64,000 nt of DNA from Podarcis liolepis (lineage: Eukaryota), in the NCBI GenBank assembly GCA_965112155.1, contig OZ218105.1, one strand, 5' to 3'. The translations under genes and the position numbers were made by a program. The notes below the pieces were generated by a model. It saw nothing but the letters and a program-made list of their open reading frames with translations. It made no database searches and was not told where the DNA came from. This document shows, piece after piece, positions 38,361-52,579 of this stretch. Each line of letters opens with the position of its first letter. The first letter of the stretch is position 1.

Positions 38361-41300
38361 TACATCTTCCCTTACAAGAAATGACTGTTAGACTGCAAGC
38401 TTATTTTAGTTATAAAACTCTGTAAACCACCACGTAGAATGAGCGGTGGAAAAAAGGCCCCCATTGAGGTCACCATGTTATTTAAGAAGAAATCCTAAAT
38501 ATGGAAAGCCAGAATATCCGAACTCTGTCCAGGTGCAAGTCTACTGTTGGCTGAGCCATTCTAAGCCTGGCAGAGGGAAGACAAGCCTTTAAAATAGAGT
38601 TTGACTTCACCTTTTTTGCCAGAGTGCATTCTGCCATGTTGCTAGGTTACATGACTGAGCTGATTGGAGTTAGGATCCAGCGTTAAGTCCTGCCCCACTA
38701 TGCTCATTTTTCAGGGCTTATGCCAGTGTCAGTTCTGCCAGTCTCAGCTGAGTGGGATGACTGAGTTAGACCAGTGTCTCTCTGGCTGAGCTAGAGCTGG
38801 GGGTTTATACCAGCATAGCCCAGCTGAGCTGGGAAAATGCTGGCACTTGTTCCTGGCTTCATAAACTATAGGAAAGATAGGAAAGACTGTCCAAACCCTG
38901 GCATGATGTTAGTCCATAAGCTTTCCCTCTTTCCATTTTAATCAATGGAAAATCTCACTTTCCATTTTAATCAATAATGTCACATAAACTATATGAGAGG
39001 AAGCACATACATCAAACACCAGTTAAACAAACAATACGAAAATATTTCATAAAGCAAATCACATAAACAGGACATTAACTACTATTTTCCAGTTGCAAGT
39101 GTTCATCAAAACAATGTGCAGGCTTTAAAAATGAAGAGTAATCTTCATTATAAATTTCCCAGTCAAATGGTTCCACATTTTTGACCTGTGAAGAGGGTTT
39201 CTGGAATGCTGCCTTGCTGGTGCCAGATGAGTGTAAAGAAATAGTCACCATGAATAGGAATGAAAACAATATTCACATGGAAAAGAACAGCTTTCTCTGA
39301 AATCTGCATAGGTGGGGATCATTAGCCCCCTGGTGGGCTGAAAATTAAATCGTATAAAGAGGAAGCAGCTGCAACAGTAAATTAGCAACAACAGGAATAA
39401 CTGTCTTTACCGCTCTACCATCAGGGCGTTAAATAACAGGGAAAGTCTATTATTCATCCAAGCACAAATACAAACTTCTAAAGAATCTCCGCTCTACCCA
39501 GCCTGTTTTTATATCAAAAACATTAGTTCAATTCAGACACCACAGCAAACAATGTAAAGGAAGTTCAGCTATGATTTAGTGCATAAGTGGCCAAGCTGTG
39601 GCCCTCTGGATGTCCTAGGCTTCCATTTCGCATCACCCTGGACCACTGGCTATGCTAGCTAGGGCTGATGGGAGTTGGAAGACTGCAGTACTGCACACCT
39701 GGCATAGTACAATATGGAAACAGGCCAGCAATAGTTTGATGTGGGTTGTGTACACCCGGGTGTGTGCTAACTATTTTTCATTGTGATATAAAAATCAACA
39801 AACCAAATCATAACATTATATAACTGTATCAACAGCAAAATGTTACCATTTGAAAGTACTGTATACTACATTAGTAATAAAAGAACATACCACAATATTT
39901 GGGGGAAATCTATAGTCTGTTGGCTTGTCTATGTATGCAAGAAAATTGTGACACACTAAAAAAACTACTTCCTAGGTTTAACTTCTGCCTTCCTTATCTA
40001 CTGACTCAGTATGAGTGTAATCACTATTTCACAGGCACCATTTCCTGGGTTATTATTCCTTAAGGATTTTTCAGGGGATTTCTAGCATCATGCCACACAG
40101 ATTTCATAAGGTATCAAGAGACTCAACAGAAAGTCTGTAGATGTAGGCTGGTCTCTCTCCTTTCAAAATTTATCACCAATAATTTGGAATTCAAACACCA
40201 ATAATTTGGGGGTCAAAACTGCCTTGGTCCCTAGCAGTCGGCACCTATGGTACTGATTGAAATATTAATCTGTAGATGTTTTCCTATATTTTTACTTAGT
40301 TGTCTACATCCACAGTCTCCCCTTCCCAGGCTATGGGATACAATGGAATGTCTTCATTTTTAAAAAAATACAAGAGCAGTTCCTAGTAAAACTAATGCCT
40401 TTCCATTTCTCATGGGTCATACTAATGTCCAGAAAATACAGATTCTTGATCTGAAGCCATTCTCATTCTTACATTACATTACAACTTGTGATAGAGACAC
40501 TGGTACTGCACTCTGGGAAAAGTTGGTGATTTCTGAGCACAGAATTTCTATTCCATTTCTTCTGATAAGCTAATAAATACGTATCAATATTAATGTGTCT
40601 AAATAGATGCTGATGGAATGAATGTAGAAACCGAAAAATTTCATTGTCAAAGCCCACAGCTAATCTGTGAAGTTGCAATTGTAGTGGCTAAAGAACACCA
40701 AAAAGCATTGACTTGTCCCTTGAAACTTTCATATGAGCATTTGAAATGGTAACAGGCTGGATTCTACTGCAGAGTGGTTTGCTGCATGATGTTACTTTGG
40801 CTGAAACCTAGCTCTGACCTTCACCCTCATATTCTTACCAATAATTGCCCAGCCACTTTGCCCTTCCTTTTTCAGCAGAGAATTATTTTGGCAGCCTGCC
40901 ATGTTCTCCAGAACACAGAACTCTCCCCCACCATACCAAACACGTTTTAAAGAAGACCATCTGCCAAGGATAAGCCTGATTTTGAAGTGTTTGTCAAAAA
41001 TTGCCTGCAGTCTCAAGGATAATTAATCCAAAATTGCCATTCCTGCTCATGCCCATAGAATTCATCAGTGACACAACATTAGCTCTAAGAAGAAGGAAAA
41101 GGCATATATAGACTGGAAAGCTTATGAAATCAAATCCAACTAACAGAAGCTCATTGTTAAGGTTAATCTTACCCCACCTAAATTATTTGGCTTTCAATTA
41201 AGTGCATACTCCTAAACTAAAACATAATAATTAAGCAGGTCCTATTTTAGGAATTTAACAAAATTTGGCAAATGTTTCAGATCTAAAGCGTGGAAGCTGC

Positions 41301-42980
41301 TAATTTTCCAAAAGCAGAAACTTGCTGCATAATTTCTAATAATAAAATAAACACAGCATGCTCACTTAAAAAAAAAAAAAGACAAGATGAAGAAGGGCTG
41401 GAGGAGCAATTTTATTTTTCTGTTTCATAGTGGTCTATCCCTTCAGCCCAAACAGTGTCTTAAAATAGATTTTAAAAAACATAAACAAAGTGAAAAATGG
41501 GGGTGCAGTGGGGGACAGAAGGACATTTCTGATCACTTCCTTCTGACACACCTGTTATGGTCGCATTTAATTTCGTGCAATCAACATAACATGCATGAAT
41601 AAAATCATATTGCATTTCCCTTTAAAGCTATGCACATGTAGGAATATTACACCTTTCCAAGATAATTACACTGTTCTCTGTGCAGTTAAGAGGCGGATTT
41701 GCATTCCTTTCCTTTGGATTCAACAAGGCACAGCATTTTCCTACTTTAGATCATTTTAAAAAATTCATTGTGAAACTTATTTCTCCCTATCAAACTCAGA
41801 AAGTCCATCAAGTAGGATGCTAATTCCTAAGAGATTAGTCTGAATACTGAGCTCACTGTGGACCTACAATCTGAATTACAAAATTATTTTTCTCCTCCCT
41901 CTGAAGTGGGGTAGTAAGACTGACTCAGTCCCAAATGGGACCCTCCTTGCCCCCCGCTTCATTAAAATGTCTATCCATAAAAAATAAACTAAAATCCTAA
42001 ACTGTAGACGCAGGGAGACCACTGTTTAGCTGGGTTGAGGGTACACCCTCTTTCACTTTGCATTTAGGAGAAATGAATACATAGCTTGGCTCTCTCCACA
42101 ACTATATTAAACACATTATTAATAAATGGTGGCATACTGCTTTTCTTGGCATCAGTAGAACAGAGGAATAAGACATGATGGATCCAGAGGACAACTATTT
42201 GAAGCAAAGCAGATCAGTGCCAAGAAACTGATAGTTGGACAGATGAGTCAGAGAAGATGGGCAAGCATACAAAGGGAAGAATGGACAGGACTTGAGAATG
42301 AGAAGAAGCAGAGATCTGGCCAAAACAAAGGAAGGTTGGACAGGTGTGGACAAAATGGCTTATTATGTTTCAACTTAATAAGCAGAGATAAACAAGCCAA
42401 TTGCCCATGAATACAGCCCCTACACTGCTTTCAGTAAATGCTTTCATCAAGCCATGAAGTTGCTAATTAATCATAGTTTCTCCTTTTGTCCACAATGGAA
42501 AACAATGATCACCAGGATCAGAAGATGCCAGAATATTAAACAAACTTCAAATGGTGGTTAACATCCTGGCTTTTTCCTGGTTTCCTAGACACTTCCTGGT
42601 TTGATTGCTAGTGCCATAAAGAGAGGGGCAAAGGGACTGCATACCGCAGCTTATTAATGCAATAATGTTTGAATTAGGTTAATGTGCTGGATCCAACCTA
42701 AGTCACACTTGGGTCTCACAGAAATCAGTCTCAAAAATTATTCATGACCCAATGATTTTTAGGTGCAAATTGGCTTGGGGCCATGATGGACTTTATCTCC
42801 CTGGCAGTATCCCAACACAAATGACTTAAGCTAGATCCTGTTCAATATCTACATGTGAATCACAAGCAAGTCATTTGACTTTTTGAAAAATAAAAATAAA
42901 ACAAATCCTATCTCCTCTTAGAGAGACTGGAAAACTATCTAAAAAGTAGAAAAGCCTGAATAATGCATGAAAACAACATA

Positions 42981-43312
42981 CAGTGGTACCTCGCAAGACG
43001 AATGCCTCGCAAGACAAAAAACTCGCAAGACGAAAGGGTTTTTTGTTTTTTGAGCTGCTTCGCAAGATGATTTTCCCTATGGTCTTGCAAGTTTGTTTCC
43101 TTTTTCTTAACACCGTTAATACAGTTGCGACTTGACTTCGAGGAGCAACTCATAGAATGCGGTGTGGTAGCCTTTTTTGAGGTTTTTAAAGACTTTGGTG
43201 ATTTTTGAAGCTTTTCCAAAGCTTTCCCGACACCGTGCTTCGCAAGATGAAAAAAATCGCAAGATGACAAAACTCGCGGAACGAATTAATTTCATCTTGC
43301 GAGGCACCACTG
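42981..43312. mobile_element. Tigger/pogo-like MITE with repeated tcgcaaga motifs
   Basis: TIRs cagtggtacctcgcaagacgaa / ttcatcttgcgaggcaccactg with TA TSD. Several internal cgcaaga repeats. Confidence 0.88.
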
Positions 43313-44417
43313 TATTCTGTGACTGAAGAAACTAATTATAAAAGAAAGGGTATTTTAAATATAGGCAGTGCCCTTTTTTAAAAGTATGCTCTCGCTCTCT
43401 CTTCTTCAGTAGATAGGTCTGTGGGATCATTAAATGATAAATGGAGCATAGCCTGTTTCTTTTCCCTTACAATGCAAACTATTGTATTTGCTTATAAAAG
43501 AGGTCATTCTACCCCTATAGGGACTTCTGCTTTTGTGGCCTAGCAAAGTATAAACTAAGAGCCTTGTCTCACAGTTTGCAGTGATGGACCTTCAGTAGAG
43601 TGGAGGGGGATCTATAATGGCTCACTTGATCACTGCAAAAAGTATGATAGCAACACTTTACTAACAAAAACAGACCCTAAAGGAAACCCAGACAGACATA
43701 GAAGTCTTCATTGTTGTTTTAAGCAGTACCATCTATAATATGCATACACTTAAAAAAGTGGAGCAAGGGTAAGAGAGACTCATTTATGTCATATATCACG
43801 ATGATAGATTGGAGTCTCAGGCCACTCTAAGGCTGCAGCAAAAGTTGAATAATGGATCAGAAAATGCAACATTTCAAATGGACTAGACATGAAGAGGAGA
43901 GGGCTTGATTTTCCTTTCCCCATTCACACATACATGTACAAAGATTTAGTATTATTACACTAAAACAAACAAGTATCAGTAAAAGTAGCACTATAAAAAT
44001 CATTAGCGACAGGATAACATACAAACTTCAAGGCAAACTATTCAAAGGGAAAAATTCTTCCTAGGCATGCCCAAGCCTTTGGATGTGCCTAAAATAGTAC
44101 TTTGCCAATGCCTATCTAGCTCTCTTTTGTTCCCTAGCATAATTCTTTGTACTGCTCCACTTCAGGAAGACCAGGTCTAAATACTTTGGATTTAGAATAT
44201 TCCCTATGGCATTCTCCCTGCCTCACTCAATGACTCTACAAGATGGCTAACTGCTTTCACTACAATAGAGAAACCAAGCTTAATTTTCAGGAAGACATTC
44301 ACCTCTTGCAGGTTCAAGATAAAATGTCTACCCTCTCCTTCTTGAGAAGGAAGAGCTGCTTGACAAAGAATGCCCCATCCCCAGGTGGTGTCAGCACTAT
44401 CAAAATTGATAGGAGTA

Positions 44418-44642
44418 CAGTGGTACCTAGGGTTAAGAACTTCATTGGTTCTGGAGGTCTGTTCTTAACCTGAAACTGTTCTTAACCTGAAGCACCACTT
44501 TAGCTAATGGGGCCTCCCGCTGCCGCTGCACCACTGGCGTGCAATTTCTGTTCTCATCCTGAGGTAAAGTTCTTAACCCCAGGTACTATTTCTGGGTTAG
44601 CAAGTCTGTAACCTGAAGCGCCTGTAACCCGAGGTACCACTG
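44418..44642. mobile_element. Tigger/pogo-like MITE, 225 bp
   Basis: Ends read TA|cagtggtacctagggtta ... taacccgaggtaccactg|TA. Paralog at 52120-52334. Confidence 0.9.
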
Positions 44643-46616
44643 TACATCAAAAGCTTGTTTCCTGCTCATATTTTCCTGTACAGATATTCTTCAGGTGAAT
44701 CCAGGCTTACTATTTGAGAAACCCTGGCTTATGTTATGCACATTCAGGGCTCCCCCCCCCCCATTGGAACTCACCAGAAGTCAGTTCCAGCACCTCTCAG
44801 GTGGGTGCCATTGCCATTTTATTAGTAAGACAGCCTTCCCCAGCTTAGTGCCTTCCAAATATTTTGAACTCCAGTTCTGTCAGTCCCAGCTGACTGAGGC
44901 TGATGCATGTTGTAGTCCAAAAGCATCAGGAGGGCACCAGGTATGGTAGACTGATTTAAGGCAGGTCTTTTAAACCTGAAAGAGGGACCATAAAATGGTT
45001 TTTAAAAAACCCTAAAAATTCAAATAAAATCATGACACATCTTGCACTGATTGGTGTAGAATGTCTGACTATGTACCATTAAAAAGCAACAGTAACATAG
45101 CTGCAAACCATTACATGTGTAAGACTAGAATGCATTTGATGGCTTGAGAGGCATATGTAGCATAACAGAATAACCATTTAGTATTGATGGGCAAGATACC
45201 AAAACATACTCAAATGTACAGTATTATTGTAGCTAAAACATCAGACACATATTTTTCAGAATTACAGGCAATCTTAACAGTTTCATGAACACAGCAGGAT
45301 ATAGGGCTGATTAAACTATTTAGTACTAAATAAGAGCTACAAGCAGTTTAAAAAACTTGTTTTCATGGAAACAGATGAAATGGGGTTTCACATTTATGTA
45401 ATACCAAATTATCATTGCACACTATTCATGTAAATATAGACTTATTCGTGCTTAAAAAAATTAATTACTTTTTAAAAAACTGCTTCGATTGGGAATAAAT
45501 ACATCCATGGCTGATACATATTTCCTTGTGAATAAGTCCTACTTATTGCCATGACATTTATTCCTAGAGAGTTGAGGACTGTAGTCAATGCTGTCAACTA
45601 GCATTTGAATAGATGGATATTAGCCTTGAAAACCAACATTCAATCACAACGTTAGTCAAACAACTGTCAGAGTATTAGTTTATGATAGAGAAAACTATTT
45701 GTTACTACCACAGTCTTTTAAACACCTTGCTTTAATTTGCATATTAAAAATATAGGTGGAGTTAACACAAAAAAACACATTCAGGGATGGGGACATTAGT
45801 GGAGGGAACTGACACTGTGATAAGCTTACACTTTTTCAGAGCCTATGGATTCTTCTGTGTTAAAACACAGTAAGCCAGTAAGCTGATATTCAGTCTTGGA
45901 TATATTCAGGCTTGGTGGGGACGAAGAACAGAAGGTTCAAAAGAGCTTGGGGCACTGAAATAGAGTATTGGTGGGTGGGGTTAAGCATCCAACTCCTATA
46001 TTAGCAATGATGCCCCCTCCATATCTGACTCATAATGTATAGTTCTAATATGAGTTTTACAACTTTAAAAAAAATGCTGCTCAAATCTTTGACATGAATG
46101 AAGAGGTTGTAAGATGGTTTCACAGTCAATGAATTCAGACTATTTCAAGTTACATTTTAAGTGTGATCTACTATACAACTCCCTTCTAACCTTTTATTAA
46201 AAGTAGAAAAAAGAAAAATGAGGTATGTTAAACTTATTCTTTATCTCTTGAAATGTCTGTGGCAAGAAAGGTTCTACTTGAGAGTTATTGAAGGTATTAA
46301 TTACTCTTGTGGGAATTAGAAAAAAATAGCTTAAAAGGTCTTGAATTGTCTGAAGTTCGACCCCATCCTGTTTAAAACAAGACATAATTAAACACACTCA
46401 AAAAGGGAAATAATAGCAAAATGGAAAATGCAGTTTTTGTCTTTGATCATCAAACTGTGTCCCTGGACACAACATGCTTATTACATAGAGAAGGGAACCA
46501 GAAGGAAGAAGAAATGAAGCATGTAAAGAAAAATAAATCATAAAATTGGAAAAAGGATAGAAAAACAAATTAAGGGAAAAGAATTTTCTTCAAGCCCTAT
46601 TTATCTTCCAACAAAA

Positions 46617-47200
46617 CCAGCTTGTCAATATCCTTCTTAAATTGTGGTGACCAGAACTGAACACAGTACTCTAGATGTGGTCTGACCAAGGCAGAGTAGA
46701 GCAGGACTATAAATTCCCTTGATTTGGACACTATACTTCTGTTCATGCAGTTTAGAAGCATTAGTTTTTCTGCTGTTACATCACACTGTTGACTCATGTT
46801 AAGCTAGAGATCTACTAAACCCCCAGATTCTTTCCACATGTACTACTTGCAAGCCAGGTGCCCCCCATCTTTTATTTGTGCATATGATTCTTCCTACCTA
46901 AGTGTATAACCTTATATTTGCCCCTGTTGAAATTCATTTTGTTAGTTTGGGCCCAGTCCTCTGTTAAGGTTATCCTGAATCCTGATTCTGTCTTCAGAAG
47001 CATTCCCCCCTGCCCCTTCCAGTTAGGTGTCATCTGAAAATTTGATGAACATCCCCTCAATTCCTTCATCCCTTGGGTACAGCTCATGAGGCCTGGAGAT
47101 TTGAATTCATTTAAAATAGCTAGTATCACCTCTTTTCCTACCTTGGACTGCAGTTCCCTCCTTGCATAGTGTAGTCTTTTATCACCACTGCTTTCAAACA
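46617..47200 (-). mobile_element. CR1 LINE ORF2 (reverse transcriptase) fragment, degenerate, with an internal deletion
   Basis: Peptides LYSALVRPHLEYCVQFWSPQFKKDIDKL, WAQTNKMNFNRGKYKVIHLGRKN and LNEFKSPG are hallmark CR1 ORF2 motifs. Frameshifted. Confidence 0.92.
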
Positions 47201-47316
47201 CTGAACCAGAGTTTATGAAACTAGCTTGTTGAAGCTAACTATGGCCAGCAGCTTAGGGTGTGCAAATCTGAGCTTTGCTGCAGCTTATTCTCATGGTGAT
47301 ATACCATAGGTTAGAG

Positions 47317-47452
47317 CAGGGATAGCCAACGAAATACCCTCCAAATGATATGGACTGCAATTCACACCATCCCTGAACATTGACCATGCTGGCTAGGGCT
47401 TATGGGAGTTGTAGTGCAAAATGTCTGCAGGGCACCATGTTGGCTACCACTG
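47317..47452. mobile_element. Short palindromic hAT-type MITE (ggactacaa..ccatc / gatggga..ttgtagtcc family)
   Basis: Termini cagggatagccaac / gttggctaccactg with degenerate 8-bp flanks ggttagag / gtttagtg. Related decayed copies lie near 39585-39705, 44835-44950 and 48955-49050. Confidence 0.7.
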
Positions 47453-50300
47453 GTTTAGTGTTTCAACTGAACACAGCTAGTAAATGCTACTTCAGAAGCA
47501 AAGGAAAAACTTGTGGAATTAAATCTTCATAGGAGTCTTGCGCTATTGAATATTTTAATCATTATGAAATGGCTTATATTCTAAAGACAATTTAGAATAT
47601 ATTCCTTAAAAAATTTAAACCTCAAGCATATATGCATTTGACTTTTGAAACAAAGGAGTTCTTTTAAAAAATCCTACTTGAAGAGCTGGATTTTTGTCAA
47701 TTTGCTTTTAGGAAAAGATATTCCAGAGAGACTTCTAGTCACTGTGAATTAATCTAAGTAAACAGGGAACTGCATCTGCTATTTTGAACATGGTTATATT
47801 ATTATCCATTTTTCACAAATTGAAAACTTTGAGAGACTTAAAATATGAAAAACTATTAGCTTAGTAAATATACTGTGAATCCATTTATTGCCTTTTCAAT
47901 CAAGGCCCAACAATACTTTTACTTCATGGAATATACTTGTGTCTGCTGGTTTGAAAGCAGACTTTTAAAGCTATTTCTAATAAATCTCCAGAATTAGGAT
48001 TTTTAAACAGTGCAATCCTAAACTTAACTGCTACTGTATTTATACTGGCCTGGTTTTCATGGCACAATTATCTAAACTATGGCTTATTGGGACCAGGCAA
48101 AAGTGCTGGCTTCTGGAGAGGAGCTCAAAAGAAGCTTTGTTCCTCTGCAGTAGTTTTTGTTTTGTGTTATTCATGCACATGCTGAGCCAAACCAAAGTTT
48201 GTGGTTAAGCTCTCACCTGGCCCACCGTGAGTCTGGCTTACCACATTGAGTGAATACACGCCACTGTGTATTAATTTTTATTGTTGTTTTATCTTGTTTG
48301 AATTGGTTTTTATTGTTGGTGTTTCAATCAGTATATTGTAAACTACCTTGGGATCCTGAGTGCATGAAGGGTGGTTTAAAAGCTAATCACCAGGAAGCGG
48401 AGATGGGGCTGGTGGATGCTGCAGCGATCAACATCCCCCTTCTCTGCTTCTACCCTTAGCCCAGATCCTTGAGGACTGGCATCTTTTCTGGAGGACGGCA
48501 CCTCCAGGAAGGGCTGGTGGGGGGAAAAGAGGGAGCCCGTTCCTTGCCTGGTGAGCCGCTGCCGGTTCACTTCCATGCCTATGGTTAGGTGAGGCAACCT
48601 GTCAATTTCAATTTCACTCTTTTTCCCAATCTTATTTTCAGTTCTCTGTATTTCCACATCAGTGTGAGATTTTTCTTTTTAATCCTCATGAAAATTAGCC
48701 AGCATTTTGGCACAAAGTTCTCCTAACATACACACTTTTGTAAGGCAATCTTCCTTAAAAAATAATTCAGGCCATGAGTTGAGAAGCATCGAGCATGTTC
48801 TTTTAAAAAACATGTTTTAACCTTTTTTTGGTGCATATTATTATCTACATCAGGAATCACTCAACATGGTAAATTAAAGCCCAAACTATGAAAGCAAAAC
48901 TAAAGTATATCCCATCTACTGGAATTCACTCCTCTAACCATAACCTTCTATGGGTGCTTTGCAGATGTTTGGTCATCACCCCCATCATCCCTGACCATTG
49001 ATCAAATTGGCTAGGGGTGATGGATGTTGTAGTCCAACAACATCTGCATAGCACTACATTTTGCCCTTAACAAAGAATAGACTTTTAGTTATTCATCATT
49101 GTATATCATCACTTTTGTGAACGTGGACTGGAATTTAATTAATTTTTGTGGTTATCTTTTCTCTTGTAGACAAAACATACAGAAAACTGAATGACCCATT
49201 CTCTTTATTTTCAACTCTGAAACTTTAGTCCTTTTCAGGAAACATCTGCACAGAAGGGGCCTCAGTTTCCATTCTGGCAAGGTAACATTAAACTGGAATT
49301 TCCTCTAGGAAAAAAAAAGTGAAATGGGGGCAAAGGAAAGCCAAGCCCTCAAAGATCATACAGTCATGTGCTGTCTGCAAAAAGGTATGTGCAGCCAAAG
49401 TGCAATCACTGCAGGCCACAAAACTGTGAGACCAAACATTGGTGGGTGAGCACCCATCCTCCACACTCCTCATAACTAATGCTTTGGATTTGGCTTACTG
49501 CATTAGAGATGTCTGGAAGGTGGTGTCCTTAAGGCCTAAATATTTATTGACTATGCTTTATGTTTTAGTTAGGTTTTTGCTAATGTGTTTGTAATGTTGC
49601 ATTTTTAAACTGTGTGCTGCTCTGCTATATTTTTTTGAAAGTGTTGTCTACTAAAAGAAAAAGAAAAGCAGAAATTACCTCAATGGCTAGATATACAGTA
49701 TCAATATGTTTATGCTCAACAGATTCATAATATGACACGATGAAATTACTGAACCCGTGAATGAGAACTGACTCATTCTAATTTTAAGTTAACATTAACT
49801 TAAAAAAATGAAACAAGAGCACATGCTACAAAAAATGGTACATTATGCATGAAGTTGGTGCTAAGATTCAGACATATCTGAACAGGATAATCTGTAAGAA
49901 TTTCATTCTTTTGATAATTGCTTCACTTCTGAAAAGCAGAAGCCATCTCAGTAACTGAACAACATGTAATTTATCCTAGAAATTCTCAAGCTGTTTACTT
50001 ATTTCATAGCCAGGGTGCCTTACAATGCCTATTGTATTAAGTATTTGCTCAAGTTATTTGGCTGCCTGCCTGCCTCTAATTCCGATTTGTAACTTGGAAA
50101 CCAGTTTCAGCCTATGCTGACCCGTTGTATCCAGAACACAAATTGCCCATCTACTGACCACCCGCAGAGCATTTTCTGCTGTTCATATTTAGCTAGGACA
50201 AGAGGCACATTTAAGACACATTTTGTACACTTGTGTGTATGAGATGCACACGCCACACACATAACTGATTGTTACCACACGGCTTCATTTACAGCATATA

Positions 50301-50409
50301 ACCTTGTTGGCAAGGTGATGTCTCTACTTTTTAAGATGCTGTCTAGGTTTGTCATTGCTTTTCTCCCAAGAAGCAGGCGTCTTTTAATTTTGTGGCTGCT
50401 GTCACCATT
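50301..50409 (-). mobile_element. RTE-BovB LINE internal fragment
   Basis: The translation GDSSHKIKRRLLLGRKAMTNLDSILKSRDITLPT matches the characteristic BovB RT C-terminal segment. Confidence 0.9.
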
Positions 50410-52119
50410 TGTTGTACCATACTTTGTTGTAGTATCCCACTCTGAAAGTGGGGATGAAATTACGAGAGACAATCTCTTTGTCAACCAAATCCCCAAAGCA
50501 GAAAAGGTACCTAAATCTGGACTCTTGTGTTAGATATATTATAACTATGTTTCTTTCCAATTTTTGCATTTTCAAACTCACGCCTCTTGCCCCAATATTG
50601 CTTCTAGCATCACACAAACATATCAAGCAGCTGTATTAGCACCAAATAAGTATGTACATAAACAACTCACTCCCAACCACACATTTTAAAAATCAGCTAA
50701 GCTTTTTCCTGTCAGTGTTCATGGTTCTGCCATGCAACAACATTAACAGAGGTAGCCACAAGAATGCTTAGTGAAACATTCTTCATTTGTATAAGACAAC
50801 AGGAGGTGGTGGTGGGGGGAAAGGAAAATAGAGCTTGTAACACTACAACAAAGTACATCTGCACATGCACAACATAACCTAAAACAAATGGTGATGTTTT
50901 TATTTAAATTAGAAATTATGTAAAAACTATAGTTCCAGCACTCAACTTAAAATACAGCAAAAGACAAGAGGCTCAAATGAATAACCACTACAAAAAGCTC
51001 TGTACTATACTCTTGAAAATGCTCACTTAGCCTATTTTGGCTAGCAATGTTTATTCCCACAAGCCCTTGGAAGAAGAGATTACAGTTGAAACACATTAGC
51101 AATTTTAAAACATTAGCATGTTAAAATAACATTTTGAATACCCACTAGCATTTAATTGCTTCTTGATATTAGAGTGCTATCTTCTTGTTGTGTGAGCCAT
51201 CTTAACTATCCAACTACTGTAGTTAAAATAACCAAATGTGACCACAACAAATAGAAACACATGCAGTTTTTATAGAGGACAGTGACCCTAGCTTATCCAA
51301 CCCCCATCCTACCCCTGAAGATATCATTCCGTTCCTAGTAGTAAAAACTAAGTGCATGTGTGATGGCCCTCAAAGTTGGTATGCAATTGTGTTTCTATAA
51401 AAGGTAACAGAGGAGGAAGCAAGTTTCCTGCATCTACTGTTAGGTCTCAGCAAGAGTCTAGCAAAAGGTACTATGATTCATGAGATCCAGAAGAAAGAAG
51501 CAGGTCCCAGAGAAGAGGAACAAGGATCAGAGGAGCTACATAACCAAAGGCCAGATCCAAGACACCAGTTAGGGAAAGGATCATGGAATGAATCAAGGTA
51601 CGCACCCCTGAGAGATATTAGTGATTTGGATGAAGAAGCAAGATCAAAGAGGGCTTCAGTGAACTTGGTGGATGGGAATGGAGTCAGCAGAATGACTGTT
51701 AAGGCAGGCTTGAACTACAGCCAGGATGGTGCTCCCAAACCATGGAATTCAGTCAGTGGGCTTACTGGGCAAACAGCATGCCGGTACCACATGAGGTAAG
51801 GTGCAGCAACCTGAAGGCTGGAAGTTGGAGTCCGAAACACACACCCTCACCCGGGTGGCCTTCCCACCTTCTTTAGTTCAAGGACCTCTGGGAAATGTGG
51901 GCAAAACTGATGGTATCGGACAGAAAGTCAGTGAGATGTCATTTAAATCAGGTAACCCAGAAACTTTGAGTCCAACTCTGCCATATGTTACTGTTTTAGC
52001 TCTCAGGAAGGAGCTTTCTGTGGTGTTGTGGTGGTTGTTTTAAGTAGCTTTTGGGGCACTGCATGGACCTGGTAAACTTAAGAATCGTGAAATGTGTAAG
52101 AGACCAAAAGTTGACAATA

Positions 52120-52334
52120 CAGTGGTACCTCTGGTTAACAACTTAATTCGTTCTGGATGTCCGTTCTTAACCTGAAGCTGTTCTTAACCTGAGGTACCAT
52201 TTTAGCTAATGGGGCCTCCCGCTGCTGCCACACAATTTCTGTTCTCATCCTGAAGCAAAGTTCTTAACCCAAGGTACTATTTCTGGATTAGTAGAGTCTG
52301 TAACCTGAAGCGTCTGTAACCTGAGGTACCACTG
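52120..52334. mobile_element. Tigger/pogo-like MITE, 215 bp
   Basis: Ends read TA|cagtggtacctctggtta ... taacctgaggtaccactg|TA. Colinear with 44418-44642. Confidence 0.9.
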
Positions 52335-52359
52335 TACCCATTATGAGCATACCTTAATT

Positions 52360-52579
52360 TAAGGGCGGGGAACCCTTTTCAGCCTAAGGGCCTCATTTTC
52401 TGGGAGTCACTGGCTAGTGGTGGCTAGGGCCAGATGTAATAGGTGGGTAGAGCAAGGGGCTATAGAGCACACTCCAGCCCTGGTAAAAGCACCACAGAAG
52501 GGCGTAGAGCAAAGGCAGTGAGGGATGTGGCCAAAGGAGTAGGCTGGATGGCCTGGGTGATTGGGGTTCCCCATCCCTG
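52360..52579. mobile_element. Non-autonomous hAT element with 8-bp TSD
   Basis: Imperfect 15-bp TIRs (taagggcggggaacc / ggttccccatccctg). ccttaatt is duplicated at 52352-52359 and 52580-52587. Confidence 0.75.

Noticed and set aside
42981-43312. Short regularly spaced repeats (tcgcaaga; also aacctgaag in other MITEs) resembling a CRISPR-like array
   Set aside because: Eukaryotic context; the repeats are short subterminal motifs inside TIR-bounded, TA-flanked elements and have no uniform spacers.
51473-52043. 109-codon and 80-aa adjacent ORFs on the plus strand
   Set aside because: No recognisable domain; they lie in a probable repeat-derived purine-rich segment.
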